64,000 nt of DNA. Origin: Octopus sinensis (lineage: Eukaryota). The stretch's first letter is position 1, and every line of letters starts with the position of its first letter. Shown here piece after piece: positions 51,523 to 63,660 of this stretch. The notes beneath the pieces are model-generated. The model had not been told where the DNA came from. It ran no database searches and saw only the letters and a program-made list of their open reading frames with translations. Position numbers and translations under genes: made by a program. The DNA lies in NCBI RefSeq assembly GCF_006345805.1, contig NC_042998.1:175770001-175834000 (forward strand), in the 5' to 3' direction.

Positions 51523-52039
51523 CAATAAAGTTTCTTGTATACTCCATTTTCCGTTTCTATTATTTGTTATGTATATCTGTATGTGTTTCTTCTATTTTTT
51601 AAGTATTATAAATCTTCCACTGAAGAGGGAGCCGGTTTCCAACAAGGATACGAGGTTGCATCTTTGGGATGTAGTTAACACAAATTCACCCTTGGAACTT
51701 GAGAAAAGTCTTACATATTTTTACTGTTCCACTCACAGATTGCACTTGTACGAATTAGCCGGTCGATTTCTCTTTCTGAAAATCCCAGTGTATCCAGATT
51801 CTCATTTAAGCATTTACTAACAAAACCTAGTGATCCAATTATTGTTGGTATGAATATGTATGTATGCATGTATATATGTCTGCATGTATGTATGCATGTA
51901 CGTATGCATGCTTGCATGCATGTCTATTAGTTCTTATTAAAATCCCAAAATTAAAATGAACGGATTATTTAGCATGAAATGTCCGTCTGTCTGTGCCTTG
52001 TAAATCTTTTGGCTTGTTTTCGTCACTGGACTACAGTGG

Positions 52040-52320
52040 GGACGCCGCTCTGACTCCGGTACCATATTTTTCAAAGTCTGGTACTTATATCGATTTCTTT
52101 TGCCGAACCACTAAGTTACGGGGACAAACACACCAACACCAGTTGTCAACCAATGGTGGTGGGGACAATCACTGGAATATATCACAAAGACATACTTATA
52201 CATACATATGTCTATATATTGGCGACGGGATTCCACAGTTTCCGTTTACCAAATTCACTCTCAAAACATTGGTCGGTCCGAGATTATAGCAGAAGACACT
52301 TAATCAAGACCCCGTGCAGT
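52040..52320 (-). mobile_element. Degenerate SINE family B
   Basis: aagttacggggacaaacacaccaacacc...ttccgtttaccaaattcactc. Confidence 0.7.
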
Positions 52321-53814
52321 GGCCTGCGCCTCAAAAACCAGAAAATGAAATAAAATGATAATATCTAGTACAGTAGATGAATGACACATTGTGTACATAC
52401 ACCATTTGAACTCTCATAGATATAAGTAGAGAACAAGTCGTCGGCTAATTTATATACTCTTAACGAAAGAATGTCAAGCGGATTAAAGTTTTAAATCCAA
52501 AAGGGTAATTTGATATAAGTTTCGGTGATCTTTCGTATTATGTACATAAAATGGCCTGTGACAAAGTGAAAGGGTGTGGTGCAAATGAAAGCGAAAGAAA
52601 ACCATAATTGGCATTAGATAAAATTTACCATATTTGATGGTATAGATGATGCACGGTCATAAACGCATCTCAATTTCGGTAGCGCGTCTTAAAAAGAAAT
52701 AATTTAGTGCATTTAAGCATGTGTTATGGGCCCAACTTCATATACAGGCAATTTTTTGTGACATTTTTTGAAATAAAAAATGCGTCTTATTTGCTATCAA
52801 ATACAGTAGTAATCTCTAATGTATTTGATAAATAATGTAAAAACGTTATATTTGTGAAAATAAAGTCAGTTATACATTAACAATTTAGAAGAGTTTACTT
52901 GAAATTCTTGTAATTTATAACACGTTTGGGAATAGCCAATTACATTTTTAGCAAAATTTCCCTGGAGTTCGGAGAGAAGCTCTAGTCAGGTACAAAATGG
53001 ATTTGGAGCTAAAACTCCTGTGCCAGACGGCCAGCGCCAAAACAGCTGCATCCAGTCGTCCCACTTTGACAACGGGTTGTCAAACCATTTACAATGTTCT
53101 AAGTCTCTTTCAGTGAGTACCTGATAGTGAACTCCATGTGTCCAACTTAATCTGGGAACATCTACAACCTATATTATGGAAAACGTAACCTAATCAGATG
53201 TAATGAGAGCACTTCTTTTGACAAACATACCCCAACTGAAAACAAGTGGAGCAAAATTGATTAACATTCAGAAAATGCTTAAAACGACCTCTTCTGAGTA
53301 ACCATTTTCAGAAAGAGTTAGTTTGATATAATAATTGAAGGATCTGCCAGTTAGTTTCCGGTTTCAAAAGCCATATCGACAACAGGTATTAGTTGGCTTC
53401 TGCCTGAGCTGTTTACTTGTAATCAACTACATGTGGTTTCTATGGAGATCTGTCCATGTCAGTTACCTGCAGCCTTGTCTTTCTCGACTTTATTGACTGC
53501 GTAGGTTGAGAATTGAAGCCAAATCGCAGATTCCATTGACCATACTCTTTCCAAATTATTGTTGATTTCTAGCATTGCTGTCACCAGGTCAGAAAGTTTT
53601 TGAGTGCGTTGGGCTGGGTATAATTGAGTATTTTGATCTTTGTACATTATTGACCCTTATTTTATCGATCGGGAGGAACAGAAGGCAAAATTGACTTCGG
53701 TGTAATTTGAACTCAGAGCATAAAGAATCACAATTAGATGCCACAAAGTATTTTGTTTCCATGCTCTACTAATTCTGCTAACCCGGCACTGCTTCACCTG
53801 GGTAGTGCATTGAT

Positions 53815-54764
53815 TTCATATTTTGGCACAAAACTGTCAATTTCAGGGATAAGTCAATTACATCGACCCCAGTACTCAATTGGTACTTATTTTATCGACT
53901 CCGAAAGGATGAAAGACAAAGTCGACACCGGCAGCAGTTAAACTCAGAATATAAAGACGGACGAAATGCCGCTAAGCATTCTACTCAGCGCAGTAACGGT
54001 TCTGCCAGCTCGCCGCGTTACCTGGGTAGTATATTTGTTTCAAATTTTGGCACAAGGGCAGCAGTTTGGGTGGGTGGAGGCAATTCGATTGACTCGACCC
54101 CAGTACTCAACTGGTACTTATTTCATCGATCCCAAAAGGATGAAATTCGACGGAATTTGAACTCCACGTAGACACAGACGAAATGCTAACGATTCTCCCA
54201 GCTCGCCGCCTTGGCGAGCTGGCAGAAACGTTAGCACGCCGGGAGAAATACTTATCGGTATTTCGTCTGCCACTACGTTCTGAGTTCAAATTCCGCCGAG
54301 GTCGACTTTGCCTTTCATTCTTTCGGGGTCGATTATATAAGTACCAGTTACATACTGGGGTCGATATAATCGACTTAATCCGTTTGTCTGTCCTTGTTTG
54401 TCCCCTCTGTGTTTAGCTCCTTGTGGGTAGTAAAGAAATAGATATTTCGTCTGCCGTCACGTTCTGAGTTCAAATTCCGCCGAGGTTGACTTTGCCTTTC
54501 ATCTTTTCGGGGTCGATTATATAAGTACCAGTTACGCACTGGGGTCGATATAATCGACATAATCCGTTTGTTTGTCCTTGTTTGTCCCCTCTGTATAGGT
54601 ATTTCGTCTGTCTTTATGTCCTGTGTTCAAATTTCGCCGAGGTTGACTTTGCCTTTCATCCTTTCGGGGTCGATAAATTAAGCACCAGTTGCATACTGGG
54701 GTCGATCAAATCGACTGGCCCTCTCCCCAAAAATTTCGGGTCTTGTGCCTAGAGTAGAAAAGAT
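53815..54764. mobile_element. SINE A cluster: two minus copies, then a head-to-head plus-strand concatemer (54213-54764, three bodies)
   Basis: Palindromic head junction ccagctcgccgccttggcgagctgg; concatemer junction at 54435. Confidence 0.88.
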
Positions 54765-55320
54765 TCTGCCAGTTCACCGCTTTTTACCTGGACAGTATAT
54801 TAAAATACATTTTACATCCTTTAACAATCGGTATAATCAGGAAACGGGTGCGATAAGATTGATAGATAAAATGTCTGTTCTGGCGGAAATCATTTGTAAC
54901 CAGATTGAGGAAATTCAGTGCATGAGTGGGTTGTAGAGAACATAGCTCAAACCTAGTATCTGTAATCAAGCAACTATGTAAATAAGATAGTCTTATCTTG
55001 TAGTTTGTTTTTTCGACGAATGTTGAGTAGATACATTGTTGGAGTGGAAAACATATCGGCTTTGTAATGTGTCAGTTCGTCCTCTGTGTATGATGTGGGT
55101 GTGTATTAAGTTTTGTAGTTTGCTTATTTCGCAAGCACCGGTATAGGAACAAAGATCAAATAGCTGTAAACTGCGAAGGAGGCACAACCAACAGCAGAAA
55201 GGAGAAGGGGTAATCAACAATATATATATAAAAAAAGAAAGCAGACGAGTACACCTGAAATTCATACATGCCATGTGACTGGCGGTTTTTAATTATGTAT
55301 TTATTTTCTTGACCGCTTAT

Positions 55321-57600
55321 ACGTACTGTTCTTTATTTGGCTCTACGGCCATAACACAGAGGGGGCACTACAAGGACACAGACAGAACATCACAGTGGGG
55401 ACGAAAACAAAGCGAATGAAAATGAAGATATTATATAATGAAAATGATATGGCTGCATGGGCCCCACTCCTCATGCAGTATCATTTGAACGTTTAATACA
55501 CTGTTTACAATAGTTCAATTTCCTTTATTTTTTTCCCCTTATCATCGTTTCTCTCTCTCCCTTTTTTTTTTTAAATAAAACAATTTTACTTCTTTTCTTT
55601 TTTTCCAATAAACAATTTCACTTACTTTTTTTCTTTTTTAGTATTTCATAAAAGGTTCGAGATCTTTCAGTTCCACTACTGGTGGTAATCCATCGAATTC
55701 CACCGCTACTCCTGGCGGATCAATTCCCCCTCCACACACATCTCTCAGCCTGTTGTACTTCTCCCTGTCGACCACAATGGCCTTCACATTCTCCGAATAC
55801 ACAACTATGGGCAGCTTCACCCTTATGATAGACTTAAATTTCATTATTTTCCGTTCTGTTTCCTTGTTTTTCGCCTATGTCACAAAATTCCATCGATATT
55901 TTGGGAGCTTTCTTACTTGCTTTCCCTTTTCTTGCTCCACTGCTGGTACCTTTTCTCTTTCCATTCTGAATAATCTCTCCATTTCACCCTCGTTTAATTG
56001 TTCTCCGTGGAGGCGCAATGGCCCAGTGGTTAGGGCAGCGGACTGGCGGTCATAGGATCGCGGTTTCGATTCCCAGACCGGGCGTTGTGAGTGTTTATTG
56101 AGCGAAAACACCTAAAGCTCCACGAGGCTCCGGCAGGGATGGTGGTGATCCCTGCTGTACTCTTTCACCACAACTTTCTCTCACTCTTACTTCCTGTTTC
56201 TGTTGTACCTGTATTTCAAAGGGCCGGCCTTGTCACTCTCTGTGTCACGCTGTATATCCCCGAGAACTACGTTAAGGGTACACGTGTCTGTGGAGTGCTC
56301 AGCCACTTACACTTTAATTTCACGAGCAGGCTATTCCGTTGATTCGGATCAACCGGAACCCTCATCGTCGTAACCGACGGAGTGCTTCCTTCCTTCCTTT
56401 TAATTGTTCTCCTGAATCCTCCTCCTCTACTGGTACAATCAATGTCCTTGCTGCTGTCTCCTCCTTCTGAAACTCCTCTTCGATCTCCTTTTCAAGTTCC
56501 TTTTCGATCTCCTTGTCAATCACCATTTTATTTTCCTTCCTTCTGACTTCCTTCATAACTTCTTTCTTTACCGTTTCTTTCTTCTTTTTCTGCCTCTGTG
56601 GCGGAGAGCTTACTCTATCACTTCTCTTTCGTTTTTTTTTACTACCGTAAATCCTTCATCCGTTCTTGTCTCCTTTACCTCGACTTGTGCCACTTGGTCT
56701 GCACTTTGTTGCTTCTCAGTCTGTTCCATCTGTTGTTCTCTCTGGGGGCACCTCGCCGTAATGTGGCCTTTTTCACCACCACTCGCAGCCTTACGTCCTC
56801 AGGCAGAACTATTTCTTCCGCAATTCTATATTCGCTTGAATGGCCATTTCTATGCCATATCCCCAATAGTTCACCCCTTTGGTTCTTGTGGCCTTGAGAA
56901 TCTTGGCCTCCTCCTCCATATTAAACATAATGGCCGCCATAAGTCATGTTTCTTTTATTTCTGGTGGCACTTTGCCAACTCTTACCCTGGCAACACGCTT
57001 GCCACAGTAGGACAGCAAAAGCACCCATTCCTCTGTTCTTATGGCTACCGTGGAGTGCTTAATCGCTTCATCCTCCGTCGCGAAACGCACCTCCACAGTG
57101 CCGTACTTTCTTGCTCTGGTAATGAACGTGGTCAGCCTCTTTATTTCCTTCAACCATTCCTCATTAGCCTCGATTGTTGCAAATTCGATCTTTCTGCTTG
57201 CTACCTTCAGTGTTTTATAAATTACTATCCTTTTGGTTACATTACTTGTGAGTTCTGCAGGCGGCGTTAGTCTCAATGTTATTCCTTCCTTTTTCAACAA
57301 TTTTTCACATTCTTTCATTTTCTTTGGTTCGACTTTTACTTCATGCAACTCTAGCACGTCAACCTCCGTTCCTCTACTGGTTGCAGCCGCATAGCTGTGG
57401 CCTCCTGTTGGCACCTTCTCCATTTTTCCCACAATGGGGAAAAAAATAACAATTCAAAAATAACAATAATCAGCAATTTTAACAGTAACATTCAATAATC
57501 TTAGGTACACCCCAGAAGGGAGACCTTCAACAAATATTCAACAAAGTGACTTACGTCTAACAAATAACACGACAAAATTAACTCCGATACGAATATCTCA
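55321..57600 (-). mobile_element. Unit 1: ORF1/Gag-like-only retroelement candidate (decayed ORF 57432-55638, no pol)
   Basis: RRM-like RKYGTVEVRF and RVRVGKVPPEIKE, a partly deleted knuckle (KGHITARCP), a Glu/Lys-rich region, a C-terminal domain, a stop, an A-rich UTR and a conserved tail. Confidence 0.7.
56007..56398 (+). mobile_element. Full-length SINE family C with 14-bp TSD, inserted in unit 1
   Basis: TSD tttaattgttctcc at 55993-56006 and 56399-56412; A-box tggcccagtgg; B-box ggtttcgattccc; (TTCC)n tail. Confidence 0.95.
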
Positions 57601-57610
57601 AACCACCAGC

Positions 57611-59010
57611 TACGTACTCATTCTTTCTATTGTCCACAAGGAACCAACAAAGAGGGGACAATACAGGACATTACATATGGGGCCGAAAAAAAAATCGAAT
57701 GAGCAGATGTATGATTAATAAATGAAAAGGTGAAATGATAGTCACCCGTGCCCCACCATCCAAGCAACATCATTGAACATTTTTTGGATCTTTATCTTTT
57801 GACCTACTGAGTTAAAAAATAATTTTTGTAACTAAACACTTTCAAACTTCGGACACTGGTAGAATGTGTCATATAAAATATCTTTTACTCTTCGCATTTT
57901 TAAGAAAAACTTATATTTACGATGTTATTTCACGTCAAAGTTCTGGTATTTCGGTAATTTCAACCAATCAATGACGTGTATTCAGCTGAATAAAATTACT
58001 GCTGTTGTTTGTCAACAAGAACTTCCGGCGGTGTATATTTTGTTTGTCACTGTTATTTATGACAACCTTAACCCTAAAACCTTAACCCTTGAAGTAGACG
58101 GTGTATCTTTCTCTGTCTCCACCATCACCTCCTCCTGCTTCATACTTGCTTCCATCTGGCTTTCTGCCCACATCCGAAGCACTTTGGTACTCTGCCCTGA
58201 GCAGCGACCTTCACTCTTGTATCATAGGGAAGGATAACAAACTCCGGTATGCTATCAATATCTGTTGGTGTGGCCTGGATTGTTGCTCTTACGCCCTTGC
58301 CACATCAGTTCTGGGTACCTTTTTCTTCCAACTCCAATAGAGTCACTTCTTTTATGTTGGCGAAGGCCGCCGCCAGGTGCCACATTGGTTTGATTTCCGG
58401 ATCGAACCCGTTTATCATTATTTTCGTCTTTCTTTTGCTGAGACATAACGGTAAAAGAGCTAATCTGCTTGTTTGCATGATGGCATCGCTCTCAGTCACA
58501 AACTGCGCCTCCACCGTTCCAAACTTTCTTCCGCGCTTAACGTACACCAATTTATACATAATAGGCTTTAATGCTTTTCAATGTCCTCTATTGACGCTAT
58601 CTCTATTTTTCTGGTCTTCAAACATAGCATCCTTTAAACAATTGTTGTTCTCTTAATTCCTTCCATCACCTTCTTGGTGGGATTTAGCCTCACGTTGTCT
58701 CCCTTCCCCTGAAGAAATGTCTGGAACTTCTTGTCTGCCTTAGGCTTGATGTTGTAACGTTTCGTCCTTCTTCGTGCTGCGGCCGTACTGTCACCGGAAT
58801 CACTTGTGTAGTCCTCTCCCAGAGCTCGTAAAATGTGTCGTCATCCATTTTGTGTTGGACATCCTACACAAAATGTAAACGCTTCACCCTCCAAAGGGAG
58901 AAGCCAACAGGAAACAAGCCTGTGAAAGCTAACAATGTGTCGCAAGACACTAACAGTTTTAAATAATTTTAAAAAAAAAAGTGATCCCAAAAGGGAAAAC
59001 CTGCAACAAA
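57611..59010 (-). mobile_element. Unit 2: diverged paralogue of unit 1, C-terminal half missing
   Basis: RKIEIASIE, RGRKFGTVEAQF, INGFDPEIK and GRVPKCFGCGQK align to unit 1. The 5' motif and 3' tail are homologous. Confidence 0.7.
57786..58090 (+). mobile_element. Left arm of the GGATCT-TIR MITE family
   Basis: Matches 48989-49300 (aaacttcg.a.actggtagaatgtgt, aaccaatcaatgacgt, taaccctaa). Confidence 0.75.
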
Positions 59011-59099
59011 ATCAATGGCAATCCAACTATAAACTTCAGATAAAAAAATTATAACAGACCGTAACCCGAAAGCGAACACACACCATACCGCCTACTACG

Positions 59100-59338
59100 T
59101 ATTTCATTTTTGATTATTTAAACAAATATACAGCATTTGTTATATATTCATTAGGAGTTCAATACTGGCAATTCATTGGTTAAAATTCGAAGAATTAAAC
59201 TACGTTAAACTTACAAATTACAATTTTCTCAAAAAAGCCAATGTTTTCTTTTGACACATTCTACCAGTATACGAAGTTTCAAATTGTTTAGTTAACTAGA
59301 AATTGTGTTGAATTCCGTCCATCAAAAGGAAAAGATCC
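59100..59338 (-). mobile_element. Second left arm of the same MITE family, inverted
   Basis: Reverse complement begins ggatcttttccttttgatgg...aaacttcgtatactggtagaatgtgt. Confidence 0.7.
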
Positions 59339-60260
59339 GAAATACAAGTAACTATAGAATATGTGGAGATGGACAAGAAACAATAAATCATATTGTCTCT
59401 GGCTGCCCAGTCTGACTAAAAAGGAATATATTCAGACACAACAGAGTTATAATCTATATACACTGGAAGCTATGCCAACTCTATGGAGTAATAAGAGAAA
59501 AAAGATGTTATAGGCACACACCAGAAAAGGTCACAGAAAATGAGAAAGCAGCCATACTCTGGGATATGCCAGAAATTAAGACCAATAGGCCGGATATAGT
59601 TGTCAAAGATCAACAAGAAAACAAGTGCTTTCTAATCAATGGATCAATACCAACAGATGATAATGTTTCTCTTCAAAATACAAAACTCTGGAAATAAAGC
59701 TAACTCGAATGTGGAGTTTAAAAACAGAAATAATTCCTCACATAATCGAGGAATTGTTTGTTCCTTCTCAAGCCATGCCTGGCTCATAAGGGCCAGTTTC
59801 CCGGTTTCCTTAGCGAATAGGTTCGCTACCTGGACGGGACGCCGGTCTGTCGTAGGTCAGCTGCAAGATGCAGGAGGAAAGAGTGAGAGAAACTTGTGGC
59901 GAAAGAGTCAGCAGAAGTTCGCCATTACCTTCTGCCGGAGCCGCGTGGAGCTTAGGTGTTTTGCTCATAAACACACACATCGCCCGGTCTGAGATTCGAA
60001 CCCGCGATCCCTCGACCGCTGCTCTAACCACTAGGCCATGTGCATTAGGTTTGATAAAAGCATATTCAGACAAATACATAATAAAAATATCAGGATTAAC
60101 AAGTATATATAACATACAGAAAATAGCACTTATTGGCACCGCACACATCCTACGTAAAACACGTTCAATACTGTAAAAATAAGAGTATCTCAACAAACCA
60201 CAGCACACAGAGTTGCGCTCGGTATTGCAGTGAAAGCACGTGATTAAAATAAGACTACTG
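59339..60260 (+). mobile_element. 3' fragment of an RLE-type LINE (R4/Dong-like), interrupted by SINE D
   Basis: RICGDGQETINHIVSGCP, RHNRV, ILWDMP, NRPDIVVKD, IQKIALIGTAHILRK, then a (TAA)n tail. Confidence 0.85.
59755..60043 (-). mobile_element. SINE family D
   Basis: Reverse complement of 32226-32528. Confidence 0.88.
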
Positions 60261-60274
60261 AATAATAATAATTA

Positions 60275-60520
60275 TGGAACTGAAGAAGGTGGAGGTTATA
60301 CCTCTTGTAATAGGGGCACTTGGAACCGTAACAAACCAATTTCAGAAGTAGCTCGGTAAACTTGTATTCACTATCAACACCGATACTTCAGAAAAACAGC
60401 ACTACTTGGAACAGTCAATATTTTGAGAAGAGTTGTGTCAATGTAACTGGAATGAGAAAGTTCACAGGACCCATGGTCAATGGTTATGACTCGCTCCTGA
60501 TCAAAAGATATCGACATACA
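60275..60520 (+). mobile_element. Short 3' end of a second RLE-type LINE
   Basis: KKVEVIPLVIGALGTV and QKTALLGTVNILRRV. Confidence 0.75.
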
Positions 60521-60913
60521 ATCAATTTGAGAAATGTAACAATGATAATAATAGTAAAAGGGTGGGTAACTAACTTTTCCCCTTTCCCCTGCATTCCAAA
60601 TGTATTGCTATAAGTTTCGAAGCGCTTAGAATCTGGGAGCTATGACATTGTTAGAATGCGGAAAGAGAGATGAGTGTAGGAAATACGTTTCGGAGGCATG
60701 CATTTTTTAAGTTAGTAGATACCACTGAGTATAAGTGGAAACAGCTCAACGAGAGTCCAATTGTTGTTTAACTCAGTCAACTTAGACCCATTATCAAAGG
60801 CATTTCAGCTACAGGAACTCCGACAGAAGTTTCATAAGGAGCAATAAAACTTCTTTTGGGATCAGGGAGAAGGAATCTCCTTTCAAAATTTAAGGAGGCA
60901 GGAGTTTTTTTTT

Positions 60914-61007
<94 letters not shown>

Positions 61008-61788
61008 TTTCTTTGGATGTCTTGGTTCTGGAACGCCACTTTTAAAGGCCCAGTCCAACCGTGAAATAACATCTTGTTTTTTATTATTATTTTTTTCGGT
61101 TGGGGACTACATTATCAAATGTGGTTATTCCTTTTTTTAAGGCGATAGTTTGTGGCTGAGAGATTTACCTACTGTCTCTAGCACAACGAATGACCGCTTC
61201 GAGGCTCCTTCAGTGGCTGGTGGTGAGTGACTGCGACACTTTTGTCTCTCAAGAATGTGAATGCGTGATGATCACATCAACCATTTATACATTACGTCTA
61301 TCTGTTCAAGGTGAAAATTTCTGTCTGTAAAGAAAACCCGGATTTGTGATGACGAGTTTTGGAATGTAAAAAAATATATGATCATCATGAAAGGTCGTCA
61401 GAGATTTAGAAGAATATGTGTGATGGTCATAAATATTGAGGATGTAATGCTATATTACCATTTTTATTTGTGTAATGTCTACGTTTACGTCAGCATATAA
61501 TTATGTATATGTATATGTATCTATGTATGTGTACCTGATTGTGACAATGTACATATTTATAGTTTATTGCCTGAATTGTAATTTTTATTGAATTTTTTAG
61601 TGTGTATGTGTAAGCTAAGTTTTCCTAATGACGTCAACAATGATTCATATCGATAATTATATCATTCCATTTCTCCACATCCTCTTGTTATATCAAACTA
61701 ATCCACAAAACGAGTACAAACGTGTCTTGTCCTGTCTGCTGAAGTGTATAGTTATACTTTCTTTCTTTACTCATACCTATACATTGCC

Positions 61789-62040
61789 ACTCAGAACGTA
61801 AAGACAGACGAAATACCTATTTCTTTACTACCCACAATAGGCTAAACACAGAGAGGACAGACAAACGGATTAAGTCGATACATCGACCCCAGTGCGTAAC
61901 TGGTACTTATATATAATCGACCCCGAAAGGATGAAAGGCAAAGTCGACCTCGGCGGAATTTGAACTCGGAACGTAGCGGCAGACGAAATACCGCAAAGCA
62001 TTTCGCCCGGCGTGCTAACGTTTCTGCCAGCTCGCTGCCT
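61789..62040 (-). mobile_element. SINE A with start of a second body
   Basis: Junction gaaatacctatttc at 61810. Confidence 0.88.
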
Positions 62041-62067
62041 TAGAAGAAGAAGAAGAAGAAGAAGAAG

Positions 62068-62624
62068 AATGCCCTGATGCAGTACCAGGCAGTGGCTCCC
62101 GTGGCTTCTGATCTTAACTGGTTGGAAGTGTTATCATGTACATTGTTTTGTCTTGGTATAAAAGATGGGCTACAGCAAATATTCTGCTCAATACCACAGA
62201 TTTGCTTGTCAGTTGTTTGACCTTAACCAGTTGAGCATGTCCCTTAGTGTCTGACGATATGTGCATCTCTGATCACAAGCAGAAGTAGTGGGGGAGCATC
62301 ATAGCCATGTGTTGAGAGGGATTCTTTGGGGTTTGAATAATTCACCTCTGGAAGCATGGGTGTTTCGTTCAACATCCTTAAACAACCCTTACTCAGTGAC
62401 CTTTTGAGAGGGATGGGTTACTCGACCAGAAGAAAATTCTAACTGGGCCTCACCTGCAAGATCATGTGCTGTTTATCTTGATATGAGATCACCATGTCAC
62501 GCACATATGGTTATGATGCATGTGCCTGGTGTACCCTTATCGGACAGGTAGTCATGATGGGTATACTGGGCTTGGTATATTTTACCCCAGTGTCACTTTG
62601 ATGGCATGCACTGCTCTCTCACTC

Positions 62625-62666
<42 letters not shown>
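62068..62666 (+). mobile_element. Family E repeat, copy 2
   Basis: Colinear with 3362-3971. Confidence 0.8.
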
Positions 62667-62667
<1 letters not shown>

Positions 62668-62936
62668 GAAACATTCCTAAAAAAAATACAAAGCCAAATT
62701 TGAAAACATTTAATATATTTCCATTTACTGACATTTAATAAATGACTTACGGAGATGTACTTGCATAGCAAGTGACCTGATCTGAGATCGTGTGCTGGAA
62801 CGAAAATAATTGCAGCGTGGAAAGTGTTTATAAGCCATTTAAGAAACACACAAAAACCGTTAGATTCACTTCAACATTTAAATTTAATTTGTCAAAATAT
62901 TTTCATCGCTTTGAGACCGCGACCTGTTCACTGACT

Positions 62937-63185
62937 TCTTTCTCTCTCTAAAAAAACTCCCGCCTCCTCAAATTTAGAAAGGAGATTCCCTCTCCCTGAT
63001 CCCAAAAGAGGTTTTATTGCTCCTTATGAAACTTCTGTCGGGGTTCCTGTTTTCGGTTTATTTCAACCAGAAAAATGTTCATTTAAAGAGAATAACAAGC
63101 TACATAATGCAAAATTTTTACTTTTCAAAAATTCCAATTCTAAAGGGTTGAAACAAACCCGAGCAACGCCGGGCGATACTACTAG
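62937..63185 (+). mobile_element. Helitron 3' end
   Basis: Hairpin cccgagcaacgccgggcgatact and CTAG|T, as at 18852-18880. The 5' boundary is uncertain. Confidence 0.65.
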
Positions 63186-63660
63186 TATTGTGATATACTT
63201 CTGTTAATATAAATGTTATCTAAACAACTTTGGAGTTGATTTTATTATAGGACATCACGTTGATTAACATCACACCAATACTTCAATACCCATTTCACTT
63301 ATTCTCCAAATATTCCTCAACATTAAAATATCATAAAGAAACAACCTACACCGGAACATTTTACAAAGTGGCAGTCATTGAAGTTAAGTGCTCAGTATTG
63401 ACTCGTAAACAGGTTATTTTTCAACGGTTAACTAAGCGTTATCGTCTGTCACTTAAATAGATAAATTAATCTACAGTCCCACTACTGGACGAGTATAAGA
63501 ATCAGACAAGGTTTCGATCAAATGCGCAATGTTCAAGAATGTAAAAAAGAAATCGGCGCATATGGGGAAAGGGTGGACATGCCCCCCTCTCTCTCTCTTT
63601 CTCTTTTTCTCTCTCTGTAACTGGCAGGACGGAGTTAATGAGGAAGTTAATGATAATAAA

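Noticed and set aside
52620-53620. Pogo/Tigger-like ends and a transposase remnant
   Set aside because: TIR similarity is weak and no DDE motif could be read with confidence.
56009-56085. tRNA gene (also at 26096, 32226, 38560 and 59980)
   Set aside because: A/B boxes are present, but I could not fold a proper cloverleaf, and each continues into a SINE body and tail (with a TSD at 56 kb).
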